The notes under the pieces: model-generated | What the model saw: only the letters and a program-made list of their open reading frames with translations | Told to the model about the DNA's origin: nothing | The model's database searches: none | Source: an uncultured Weeksellaceae bacterium | GTDB lineage: Bacteria > Bacteroidota > Bacteroidia > Flavobacteriales_D > CAYVSK01 | DNA: 55,555 nt | NCBI GenBank assembly: GCA_964453635.1 | Contig: CAYVSK010000005.1 | Span: 1,760 to 57,314, forward strand | Direction of reading: 5' to 3' | Shown: in pieces, positions 30,196 to 38,161 of the stretch | How positions within the stretch are numbered: position 1 is the first letter of the stretch | Layout of the letters: each line of letters opens with the position of its first letter | Position numbers and translations under genes: made by a program

Positions 30196-31323
30196 TTAAA
30201 AACTGAACGCGCCCGGGATAACCCCGACTTTAAAGGTATCTTTTGGAGCGCCCGAAGGGTCGTATCGATAGACCCTTCCTGGTTGAACGAAGTCCATGGC
30301 ATCACTTACATAGATATGCTCGTTCACGGGGTCCACACCGAGCCCGTAGAAATTGGCTCCATTGGGCTCGATAAAAGGGGAAGCAGGCAAGGATGAGGCC
30401 TTCTGTCCCATCCTGAACACCCCATCGTTCAGATAATACAGAACTGCCCGTTCCGGCCCGGTGGTCAGTTCGGAAGGGGACTGACTGCTATCCGAAAATA
30501 CCAGGGTCTTTTCAACCGTCTCCTTTTGCGGGGATATAGTGTGAATGGCCGGGGCTTCTTCACCATTCGTCCCACCGGAGCACAATACATGAATGCGGTC
30601 ATCGCGGTCCTGGACCATACTGGTCGGTTCTTTGGTCACCGGAATGGTATCGGTGATCCGGTCGCTTCCCGGGTCGATGACGAGGACTTCGTTGCGGTCC
30701 ACACTACAAACAAAGACCTTGTCGTTCACCTTTAAAAGGTCTTCGGTCCATCCCTGGACCCCAATGGTGCCGGTCTTTTGGTGTTCAGTAAGGTCGATAA
30801 CATGGATCGCATCCGCTGAAAAGTCGGTCACATAAGCTTTCTTTTCGTTGATACCAAGGAAATAGCGCGGGGAAGACAGGTCTTCGATAACGGTTATCCG
30901 CTCCAGACTGGAAGGGGAGAGGACTTCTATTTTAGAGGAATTGTTCACCACCAAATAGCGATTTCCATTAAAGGTCGTCATGGATTGAGCCACATCACCA
31001 AGGGGTCGCTCGTTCGAGCATTTAAAGACCTTGTGGGAGACCTTGCCGGTTTTTCTTTGATAAAAGGTGAGGGATGCATTGCCGCTTTGAAAGTTCCCTT
31101 CATTGATGATGAATACACCGTTTCCCGTGGTATCAAAGCATTCCGAGTGAGATTGCGGACCGATCTTCTCCTTTTTGCAAGCTGATAAAACACCGATCAG
31201 AAGAATGAGGAGGAGTGGGGAAGAAAAAAGGGCAGGGGCCTTCCTTCCCATTTCGGCGGGCTTCCTCTTCTGAGATCGTGAGGGCAGTGCCTTCTTTTTC
31301 GTCATTTTCCGCATGGGGTCCAT
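30196..31323 (-). CDS. YncE/BtuG-like beta-propeller surface lipoprotein
   Basis: Lipobox LLIGVLSAC, with the likely start at 31251. Repeated blade-like segments follow (GVFIINEGNF..ASLTFY; NRYLVVNNSSKIEVL; KAYVTDFSADAIHVIDL; KVFVCSVDRNEVLVID; IHVLCSGG). It is the last gene of the riboswitch-controlled operon, directly after the TonB-dependent receptor. Confidence 0.6.
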   Translation of the reverse strand: MDPMRKMTKKKALPSRSQKRKPAEMGRKAPALFSSPLLLILLIGVLSACKKEKIGPQSHSECFDTTGNGVFIINEGNFQSGNASLTFYQRKTGKVSHKVFKCSNERPLGDVAQSMTTFNGNRYLVVNNSSKIEVLSPSSLERITVIEDLSSPRYFLGINEKKAYVTDFSADAIHVIDLTEHQKTGTIGVQGWTEDLLKVNDKVFVCSVDRNEVLVIDPGSDRITDTIPVTKEPTSMVQDRDDRIHVLCSGGTNGEEAPAIHTISPQKETVEKTLVFSDSSQSPSELTTGPERAVLYYLNDGVFRMGQKASSLPASPFIEPNGANFYGLGVDPVNEHIYVSDAMDFVQPGRVYRYDPSGAPKDTFKVGVIPGAFSF

Positions 31324-31340
31324 TTTACAGCAAGGTCGGT

Positions 31341-33356
31341 CTATTCTTTAAAGCGCCATTTCAGGCCGACCTCGTAGTGTCTCCCGGGCAAGGGGCGCCA
31401 TGCCACTGCCTGGTAATCGACGTCGAATAGGTTCTGAACGTCGACGGAAAGTTCGAGCGCTTGGTTTTTGCCGATACCAAATCCTTTGTTCAGATGAAGC
31501 GCATTGAGGTGATAGGAAGGCAACCAAGTTGAATTGTCCGTGGTAATGTAGCGTCTTTCTGTGTAATTCCATTTATAGACGAGTTCATAACCGCTCCATG
31601 CCAAATGGCCCACGAACTTCCACCGATGCTTTGGAACGTAGATCAGCTGGTCCCCTTCAGGGATGCTGGTGTTTTCTCCGGTTGTCCGGTTCACGGAACG
31701 ATTCAGGTGATAAGCCCCTGTGAGCTTAATGTCCAATGTCTCGTATTCGTAGTAGAGTTCGGTCGATGCTTCGATCCCTTTGGATACCACGTCCCTGAGG
31801 TTTCCTGGTGTCCATAATCCTGAATTGTTAGGGGCCCATTGGATCCAATTGGTGACTTCAGAAGAAAACGCGGTGATCTCTCCTTCGGCCCGGAATGGAG
31901 TCTTTTCGACCCCCTTTTCATAGGCGATGCCAGCCTCGTAGCTCCATCCCTTTTCAGGCAGGAGTTCAGGATTGCCCCCGGGTTCCCAGTAAAGGTCGTT
32001 CATGTCGGGTTTCCGATACATTCTTGACGCATTTCCCTTGATCCGTAGCCACTGCATTGGAGGAAGTTGGAGTTCGAACCCGGCCGCGGGTTGGAAAGGG
32101 GACCAATCCTTTCCGATCCGCTCCTCCCGAAGGGTCACGTTCCACTGGAGAAACTGCCCGGTCCGGCGGTCCACCCTGATCATTGCGGCAGATGTTCCTC
32201 GTCTTCGAGCGGACTCGAATCCGTCTGACCGGGCCCAGGCCAACTCATGGGATAGAAGGGACTTTACGATGGTGCGCTCGTCGGGATACCAGGATATCCT
32301 GAAGCGGTTGTGCCAATTCCGGGTAAGGGTTATGGACCGGATATCGGCCTCCGGGTCCCGGTAATCGATCCGGTCCCTGAGAAAAGCGCTTTTCAGGGAA
32401 AAATGCCCATTCCGGAACCGGTGTTCCCATTCAGCCAGCCCCCGGATCTTGTTGTCATGCTGTTCCTGTTCACTTGTTCCCGTGAGCAAGGTTGCCGGGA
32501 TCTGCTTTTCGTTGTTGAGGAACCATCCCTTTATCGCGATCCGGTCCTGGTCTCCCGGCGCGTAATAGAGCTCCTGAAGCAGGCCGTATTGAGCGTAAGC
32601 CGCATTCTTTCGGGTCCGTTCCGGGGTCCCGGGGATGGCGATGTGTTTGAAGGGGTAATCGTTCTCGGCGCTTTTGTACCATCCCCGCGTTCTGAATTTC
32701 CAATCTGCATTTCCGTTTGCGATCCGAAGAAGTCCTTCCTTTTTCCCGAAACTTCCGCCCTTCACCTGGGCTGAGTACCGTTCCAGGGTGTCCGGGTATC
32801 GCGATCGCAGCTGTATGCTACCCCCCAGTCCTCCACTGCCATCCACGAGGCTTGCTCCACCGTGATGGACCTCGATCCGGTCACTCACTGATAGCGGGAC
32901 CAGGGCAAGGTCACTTTGGCCATGGGTTGACGAATTCAGGGGGATCCCGTTCCAGTAGACCTGGGTGTGTTGAGCGCCCGTTCCCCTTATCGAGGGCGTG
33001 GCCAATTGTCCTTCACCGTAATCCTTTATGAATACGGGGCCCCGCTCTTCGAGGACCTCGGCGAGGCTTCTACCGCTGTTCCTTTCCAATACGGCAGAAT
33101 CGAAAACGGTCTTCCGATAAGGAGGTGCCGACGTGATGCGGTTCCCTTCTACCGTGAAGGACGGTAACAAAAGGGAATCCTTTTGGGCTTGTCCCTGAAG
33201 TGGGTATAGAAAGAGCAAGAGGAAAGATGTGAGGATAAGCCCGCGGGGAAATGGTTGGGGAAGTGGGTCCTTTTTTGGCGGGCTTGGATCCTTTGCGCCT
33301 CCCGGGTTCGCATTAAGGGGCTTTCTTGCTTGTTTATGTGAAGCCGTCCCCGTCAT
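31341..33356 (-). CDS. TonB-dependent outer-membrane receptor (BtuB-like)
   Basis: Plug-domain motifs are present (SLAEVLEERGPVFIKDYGEGQLATPSIRGTGAQHTQVYWNGIPLN), followed by a long beta-barrel. It lies downstream of a cobalamin riboswitch. Confidence 0.88.
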   Translation of the reverse strand: MTGTASHKQARKPLNANPGGAKDPSPPKKDPLPQPFPRGLILTSFLLLFLYPLQGQAQKDSLLLPSFTVEGNRITSAPPYRKTVFDSAVLERNSGRSLAEVLEERGPVFIKDYGEGQLATPSIRGTGAQHTQVYWNGIPLNSSTHGQSDLALVPLSVSDRIEVHHGGASLVDGSGGLGGSIQLRSRYPDTLERYSAQVKGGSFGKKEGLLRIANGNADWKFRTRGWYKSAENDYPFKHIAIPGTPERTRKNAAYAQYGLLQELYYAPGDQDRIAIKGWFLNNEKQIPATLLTGTSEQEQHDNKIRGLAEWEHRFRNGHFSLKSAFLRDRIDYRDPEADIRSITLTRNWHNRFRISWYPDERTIVKSLLSHELAWARSDGFESARRRGTSAAMIRVDRRTGQFLQWNVTLREERIGKDWSPFQPAAGFELQLPPMQWLRIKGNASRMYRKPDMNDLYWEPGGNPELLPEKGWSYEAGIAYEKGVEKTPFRAEGEITAFSSEVTNWIQWAPNNSGLWTPGNLRDVVSKGIEASTELYYEYETLDIKLTGAYHLNRSVNRTTGENTSIPEGDQLIYVPKHRWKFVGHLAWSGYELVYKWNYTERRYITTDNSTWLPSYHLNALHLNKGFGIGKNQALELSVDVQNLFDVDYQAVAWRPLPGRHYEVGLKWRFKE

Positions 33357-34363
33357 TCGATGATCAACTTGGCATATCGTGTGTGGTCCCCTGCCACAAG
33401 TTCCAGGAAGTAGATCCCAGTACCCAAGGGCTCTGTTCGGATCCTTTTAAGGTCATCTTCTTTTTCCAGGTGGACCGAACGGATCCTCGTTCCGCTGATG
33501 TCGTATATCTTCACGATACTTTCTCCGATCCTCCCGCATTGGAGGATGAACGGCTCCCCCCTTTGAACGGGGTTGGGATGAACCCGAAGCGCTTTTGAGC
33601 GATGTTCTTCCCTTCCGGAAGAGGCCCCGGAATGGATCACACCAACGGCATCGAGATCGAAGCCTCCGGAAGAAAAGACCGTAGGCCAGGGATCATTGAC
33701 CTTTTTGCCCCTTGAATCACGGGTTGCATAAGGGTCACTGATCGTACCGATCACATCGACCACACGCAAATGCGTGATATGGTCGATGTCCAGTCCCGGT
33801 CTTCCTTCCAGTTCTTCCAGGTCGAAAGGGGTCCCGTATTCCGCCCGATACTTTCCGGCCAGGTTGTACAAATTCGTGGCATCGAGTGAATCGAAGGTGC
33901 CGACCTGGCTGGACGTATCGGTAAGGGATACCGCTTCGAAGCGGAAGAAATCCTCACCATTGGAACTTACTTCCACAAAAGCGAGTTCCAGGAAGTGATC
34001 GTTAAAGCTGTTCTCAAATACCGCAAGGTCCGGTCCGGGTCCATTCCGGATCGCCCCATCAAAGGTCAGGGTCGCCGTACCTCCATCGCCCAGGCTAACC
34101 ACCCCATTCGCCCGGGCTTTTCCTTTGGCATTCGGAGCTTCTCCACTGGATGCATAACCTTCGCTCGTGTCAGTTATATCCTGGGGGCCCCGTGTTACAG
34201 TGCATCCCACGGCCCACCCTGTAAAGACGGAAGAGTCCTTATGGATGGCCGTGGTGCCCGTTTCCCCCGGAGGGGGTCCGTATGGCCCCTGTCCGTGGCT
34301 GTTTACAGCCCCGAGAAAAAAGTTTGCCAATAGAAACAAGTATTGGGTGCGGAGTGGGATCAT
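33353..34363 (-). CDS. Secreted protein of unknown function with T9SS C-terminal sorting domain
   Basis: It has a signal peptide. The core is ..GDGGTATLTFDGAIRNGPGPDLAVFENSF..LELAFVEVSSNGEDFFRF... The C-terminus LRVHPNPVQ....IYDISGTRI....LGTGIYFLELV.....AKLIIE matches the type A T9SS CTD pattern. It has 4-bp overlaps with both neighbours. Confidence 0.7.
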   Translation of the reverse strand: MIPLRTQYLFLLANFFLGAVNSHGQGPYGPPPGETGTTAIHKDSSVFTGWAVGCTVTRGPQDITDTSEGYASSGEAPNAKGKARANGVVSLGDGGTATLTFDGAIRNGPGPDLAVFENSFNDHFLELAFVEVSSNGEDFFRFEAVSLTDTSSQVGTFDSLDATNLYNLAGKYRAEYGTPFDLEELEGRPGLDIDHITHLRVVDVIGTISDPYATRDSRGKKVNDPWPTVFSSGGFDLDAVGVIHSGASSGREEHRSKALRVHPNPVQRGEPFILQCGRIGESIVKIYDISGTRIRSVHLEKEDDLKRIRTEPLGTGIYFLELVAGDHTRYAKLIIE

Positions 34364-35676
34364 TTCACGACGAAAGGCGCCTTGTAATGCACTTGCTCCT
34401 TATGGGTGCGGATCCGAATAAAGTAGTGCCCGGTGCTGAGGGACCCTATGTTCAACGAACGCAGTTCGGTTCCCCTGAAGGTCCCCTTTTTCACTGTTCT
34501 TCCGCTGAGGTCATGGATACGGTATGTGCCCTCGACCGCATTCGGGAGCTCTACGAAGATTCGTTCTGAAGCCGGGTTGGGATGAATATTCAGGTCCGCT
34601 GTTCTGACCTCCGGACCCTGTAGCTCCGTGCTGCTCTTCTGGTAGAGCGCTATTGCACTGCCCGATATGTCCGTCCCGACCGAATCCAGGACTTCGCCGG
34701 CCCCATTGGTGATCACGAGGTTCCCGAAACTGAAAAAATCCGAGTTCTGGAAAAAATAGCGGTTCGTCATGGGGTCGTATGTCGCATCGGTGTAGGGCCT
34801 CGTAAATAGTTGCCCGTCCATTTCATTGGTCGCCAGATCGTAAATATTTACGGGTGAACCGAGGTCCGCAAAAAGCGAATCATTACGGACCATGAAGCCT
34901 GCCGTGGCACCGGTTTGGTTCGTGTCGGTCTGGTAGCTCCCTGCGGCTGGGTCCAATACAGTGACACCGGCATATAATAGCTCAAAAGTGTTGGGGTCGA
35001 ACTTTTCGCTCAGTCCGATGATGGCATTACCCGTGTTGTGCAACTCGCTGATCCCATTGGAGAGGGTGTCCATGGCCCATTTCGTGTCAAAGGAAGGGCT
35101 TGAACCAGTGAGATCGAAAGCCGCTATGTGCCCGGTATCGTTCCGGGTATAGGAAACAAAGGCCCGGTCGTTCATGATCGTCAGGCCGGATGCAGCACTG
35201 GGAATTTCCGTGCTGGAAAAGACCGGTCCCTGGCTTAAGTTCCCTTTTTCGTAGGCCTGGAAGAAGGCGCCATTCGCACCGAATCCCCGTGTCACCAAGA
35301 GCCACTCCTTGTACAGGGCCATGTTCTGCAGGCCGGCTATGGAGTCGATGCTATCAACCCTGCCAAAGCCTGGACGGCTATACCGATACAGGATATCGGG
35401 CCCCTCGGAGTTGTCGTTCGCCCTCCCGATGTGGGCATAAGCGTTCGTGTCATCCACCAGAACGGCGTTCGAGAAATCGCCCAGGACCGAGTCCTCGATC
35501 CTTTTGGTCCCGGAGGAAGGGGCGTAGCTATAGACGCGCACCATGTTGCTATCGCCCTGGAAATCCCCCCCTGTTGTAAAAAAAGCACGGGTCTGGGCAT
35601 GAAGCGAGTGCATGGAGAAAAAAGTAAGCAAAAAACAGCCAAGGGCTGTGCTGATCGTGGGTTTGATGTGTACCAT
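34360..35676 (-). CDS. Secreted, probably beta-propeller-like protein with T9SS C-terminal sorting domain
   Basis: It has a signal peptide (..FFSMHSLHAQ). The C-terminus is LNIHPNPASERIFVELP...YRIHDLSGRTV....LSTGHYFIRIRT..., a T9SS CTD pattern. It is the first gene after the riboswitch. Confidence 0.7.
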   Translation of the reverse strand: MVHIKPTISTALGCFLLTFFSMHSLHAQTRAFFTTGGDFQGDSNMVRVYSYAPSSGTKRIEDSVLGDFSNAVLVDDTNAYAHIGRANDNSEGPDILYRYSRPGFGRVDSIDSIAGLQNMALYKEWLLVTRGFGANGAFFQAYEKGNLSQGPVFSSTEIPSAASGLTIMNDRAFVSYTRNDTGHIAAFDLTGSSPSFDTKWAMDTLSNGISELHNTGNAIIGLSEKFDPNTFELLYAGVTVLDPAAGSYQTDTNQTGATAGFMVRNDSLFADLGSPVNIYDLATNEMDGQLFTRPYTDATYDPMTNRYFFQNSDFFSFGNLVITNGAGEVLDSVGTDISGSAIALYQKSSTELQGPEVRTADLNIHPNPASERIFVELPNAVEGTYRIHDLSGRTVKKGTFRGTELRSLNIGSLSTGHYFIRIRTHKEQVHYKAPFVVK

Positions 35677-35799
35677 TATACAAAGCTTTGGAATGAAACA
35701 TTCGGTTCGTTCCTAAAGCTTTGGGAGAAAGAGACAAGGAAGTAGATGGAAACGATGTGGGATCGCATCTAAGACCTTCCGCTTTTATCCCGAAAGCTT

Positions 35800-35995
35800 A
35801 GGCTTTGTTGCTGGCAGGTCTTCTGACTCACCCCCTATTCTTTGGCGTCTTCCCATCTCTCGCTCGGAGAGAAAGTGACCGAGGGCCCAAAGAACGTAGA
35901 GGTTCACAGCTGCGGGAACAGTTCCGGAATCCCTGAATATCAGGTCACCGGATTCCCTTTTCACCTCCTTGACCGAGATCGTCAAGGAAGAACCA
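35800..35995 (-). promoter_or_regulatory. Cobalamin (B12) riboswitch aptamer
   Basis: The minus-strand read contains GGTGAAAAGGGAATCCGGTGA...ATTCCGGAACTGTTCCCGCAGCTGTGA...GGTCACT...TGGGAAGACGCC...GAGTCAGAAGACCTGCCAGC. These are the conserved core, the GCCACTG-like element and the B12 box (AGUCAGnAGACCUGCC) of RF00174-type riboswitches. It lies about 125 nt upstream of the ATG at 35676. Confidence 0.9.
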
Positions 35996-36201
35996 ACAAC
36001 GTGGCGCGAATATATAAATGTGGAGAGGTTTTGAACAGAAAATAAGGTCTTCCCGGTTTTTACAAGGATGCCGTAAGCGGGGGCGATCCCGGGGAATCCT
36101 TTAATAACAGATAATATAGGTCAATGCATCGGGCAGGAGAAAATCCATAAATTTACGTATCGAGCCGGTATCGATCGGCGCTGTTTGAAAGCCTTTCTAT
36201 C

Positions 36202-36684
36202 ATGGGCCAGGCCCCTAAAAAGAACGAGCTCAAGGGTTTGCCCGCCTTCCGGAAAAGGGATGGGGAGCGGGTGAAGGACCTCGTCGAGTACGTGCGCTCC
36301 TGGCTCGATGCGCATCCCATAAGCGAAGTTCACGTTGGGTGCGATTCCAACCTTCTGAACGGGAAGATCAAATACTCCACGGTCATTTGCCTGCGGGAGA
36401 TCGGGAAGGGGGTGCACGAGATCCATCGCAATGACTATGAGACGGGATACGGTGACAACACGCACCGGCTCTGGAAAGAGGTCGAACGGGCGATCGAGAC
36501 CGCCGAGCGTCTACGTGAGTTCGGTCAGATCACCGTCCATGTCGACCTCAACAGCAATCCCCACTATCCCTCTCATCGGCTTTACCATGCCAGCATCGGT
36601 CTGATCAAGGGCATGGGTTTTTACGCCCTGGGCAAGCCCGATGCCTGGGCGGCTACTTGTGGGGCGAATCGGCATTGTCAGTGA
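36202..36684 (+). CDS. YkuK/DUF458-like RNase H-fold protein
   Basis: 160-aa ORF. The pattern ..EVHVGCDSN....IKYSTVICLREIGKGVH...RLWKEVERAIETAE...ITVHVDLNSNP...S......GLIKGMGF...GKPDAWAATCGANR matches my recollection of the DUF458 family (GTDSQ, GKG, HvDiN, KPeAfAAs..AD). Confidence 0.55.
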   Translation: MGQAPKKNELKGLPAFRKRDGERVKDLVEYVRSWLDAHPISEVHVGCDSNLLNGKIKYSTVICLREIGKGVHEIHRNDYETGYGDNTHRLWKEVERAIETAERLREFGQITVHVDLNSNPHYPSHRLYHASIGLIKGMGFYALGKPDAWAATCGANRHCQ

Positions 36685-36805
36685 TCGGTGGGTGGGGCAG
36701 GTGGGAAAGGGAGGGGAAGGTCAAGTAAGACCGATCATGCCTGATTCTCCAAAAGGGCACTTTTGCCCCGTTCTTCCCTCTCTCCGTACGCAATACCACC
36801 CCACC

Positions 36806-37603
36806 TTACAGGTCTTTCCGAAGTCCTTTCAGGAATTCGGTCTTTCCTCTCGACCGTTCCGCCGCTTCGAGGTCGATATCCGCGATAAGGCACTCTTTCC
36901 CGGTACCGGCTTCTTTGATGAGTTCCCCGTCCGGACCTACGATCAGGGAATTTCCGCAGAAATCCATGGCGTCCTCCCGGCCGGTCCGGTTACACAGGGC
37001 GATGAAGAGTCCGTTCTGAAAAGCGGCGATGCGCATTTCCCACACGAAAAGCTCCATTGGTTCATCCTTTAGCATCGCCGTGGGGACCACCACCAGGTCC
37101 GCTCCCTGCAAGGCACAAGACCGGAAACTTTCGGGGAAATGGCGGTCGTAGCAGATCACGATACCGATCCTGCCCAGTCCCGTGTCGTAGGTCTTGAAGC
37201 CCTCCTGAAAATACTCGTAATGGTCCTGTTCCCGGAAGTAAGGGATGTCGGATATATGGAGCATCCCCGAGATCCCTTTGACGGAGCCGTCCCGCTCGAT
37301 CATGGGCGATGCGTCGAGGTTCTGCTCATTCATCCGGAGGTAAAGGTTCGGCACGCAAAGGACCCCCAATTCTTGGCATTTGTTGCAAATGGCCTGCAGT
37401 TCCCGGCCGTTCGGATCCATCAGGAATTCCAGTGGGGCTTTTTCGCGGTATTGAGGGAAGAAGGGCGTTAATTGGATCTCAGGGAAGCCGATGAGCTGGG
37501 CTCCCCGATCCGCAGCTTCTTCCATGAAGGCAAGGGCATTCCGGAGGTTCTCTTCCACTTCCCCCTTCATGCCCATTTGGGCGATCGCGATACGGTGCTT
37601 CAT
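36806..37603 (-). CDS. Carbon-nitrogen hydrolase family (nitrilase/amidase superfamily)
   Basis: ORF 36806..37636, with the likely start at MKHRIAIAQM (37603). The catalytic Glu context is FPEIQL, and the Cys context GIVICYDRHFPE is typical of CN hydrolases. Confidence 0.85.
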   Translation of the reverse strand: MKHRIAIAQMGMKGEVEENLRNALAFMEEAADRGAQLIGFPEIQLTPFFPQYREKAPLEFLMDPNGRELQAICNKCQELGVLCVPNLYLRMNEQNLDASPMIERDGSVKGISGMLHISDIPYFREQDHYEYFQEGFKTYDTGLGRIGIVICYDRHFPESFRSCALQGADLVVVPTAMLKDEPMELFVWEMRIAAFQNGLFIALCNRTGREDAMDFCGNSLIVGPDGELIKEAGTGKECLIADIDLEAAERSRGKTEFLKGLRKDL

Positions 37604-38121
37604 CGCTGCGTAATAGCTCTTAAGAAAAATGTGCAACCCAGTGCGTAGACGAGGGTCAGGAAAACGTTCAACAGGAGGGTCACGGTCGCGATCTTAAAGG
37701 GGGTAAAGGCTTTTTGGATGGCTTGCTCGTTCCTTCGTTCCCGATCTGCGTTCATGGGGCTTTCCTTCCGGGCATCCTTTGCTTGTTGTTCCATCAGTCG
37801 TTCGTTCCGCTCCTCGATAAAATCGGGGGCTACGACGGTCAGGAAAAAGTAAAGGACGATGGGGCTGAAAAGGGCGAAGTAGCCCCCGGGGCGGGCGGCT
37901 GTTCTAACATCCGTAAAAAAGCCGCGACGATCCCTGGATGACCGCTTTTTTCGACTTTCGTAGAGCCCCAGGGATACGGTGGGTAAAAGCAGGACCGGAC
38001 ACCCCAACAGGATCGCGAGTCCTCCCGTCAGTTGGTGCTGGGTACCGCTTGCAAAGACCACAGCAAGGACCCCTGCCCATATTCCCGTGAACAAGAGACC
38101 GTATTTCAGGGCAATGCTCAT
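37600..38121 (-). CDS. Small 4-TM membrane protein (DUF4199-like)
   Basis: 173 aa. The N-terminus MSIALKYGLLFTGIWAGV resembles DUF4199 proteins of Bacteroidota. It has a 4-bp overlap with the downstream CN hydrolase. Confidence 0.5.
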   Translation of the reverse strand: MSIALKYGLLFTGIWAGVLAVVFASGTQHQLTGGLAILLGCPVLLLPTVSLGLYESRKKRSSRDRRGFFTDVRTAARPGGYFALFSPIVLYFFLTVVAPDFIEERNERLMEQQAKDARKESPMNADRERRNEQAIQKAFTPFKIATVTLLLNVFLTLVYALGCTFFLRAITQR

Positions 38122-38161
38122 GTTCCGGGAATAGGCCGGAGCAACGGATCCCCAAAAGGGA

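Noticed and set aside
35785-35985. 66-aa minus-strand ORF (and plus-strand ORF 35842-36045) in the 35.7-36.0 kb gap
   Set aside because: They coincide with the cobalamin riboswitch aptamer. An RNA element explains the conservation-like sequence better than a peptide does.
36641-37072. 143-aa plus-strand ORF overlapping the end of the YkuK-like gene and the CN-hydrolase gene
   Set aside because: It is antisense to the CN hydrolase over most of its length. It is low-complexity and has no motifs.
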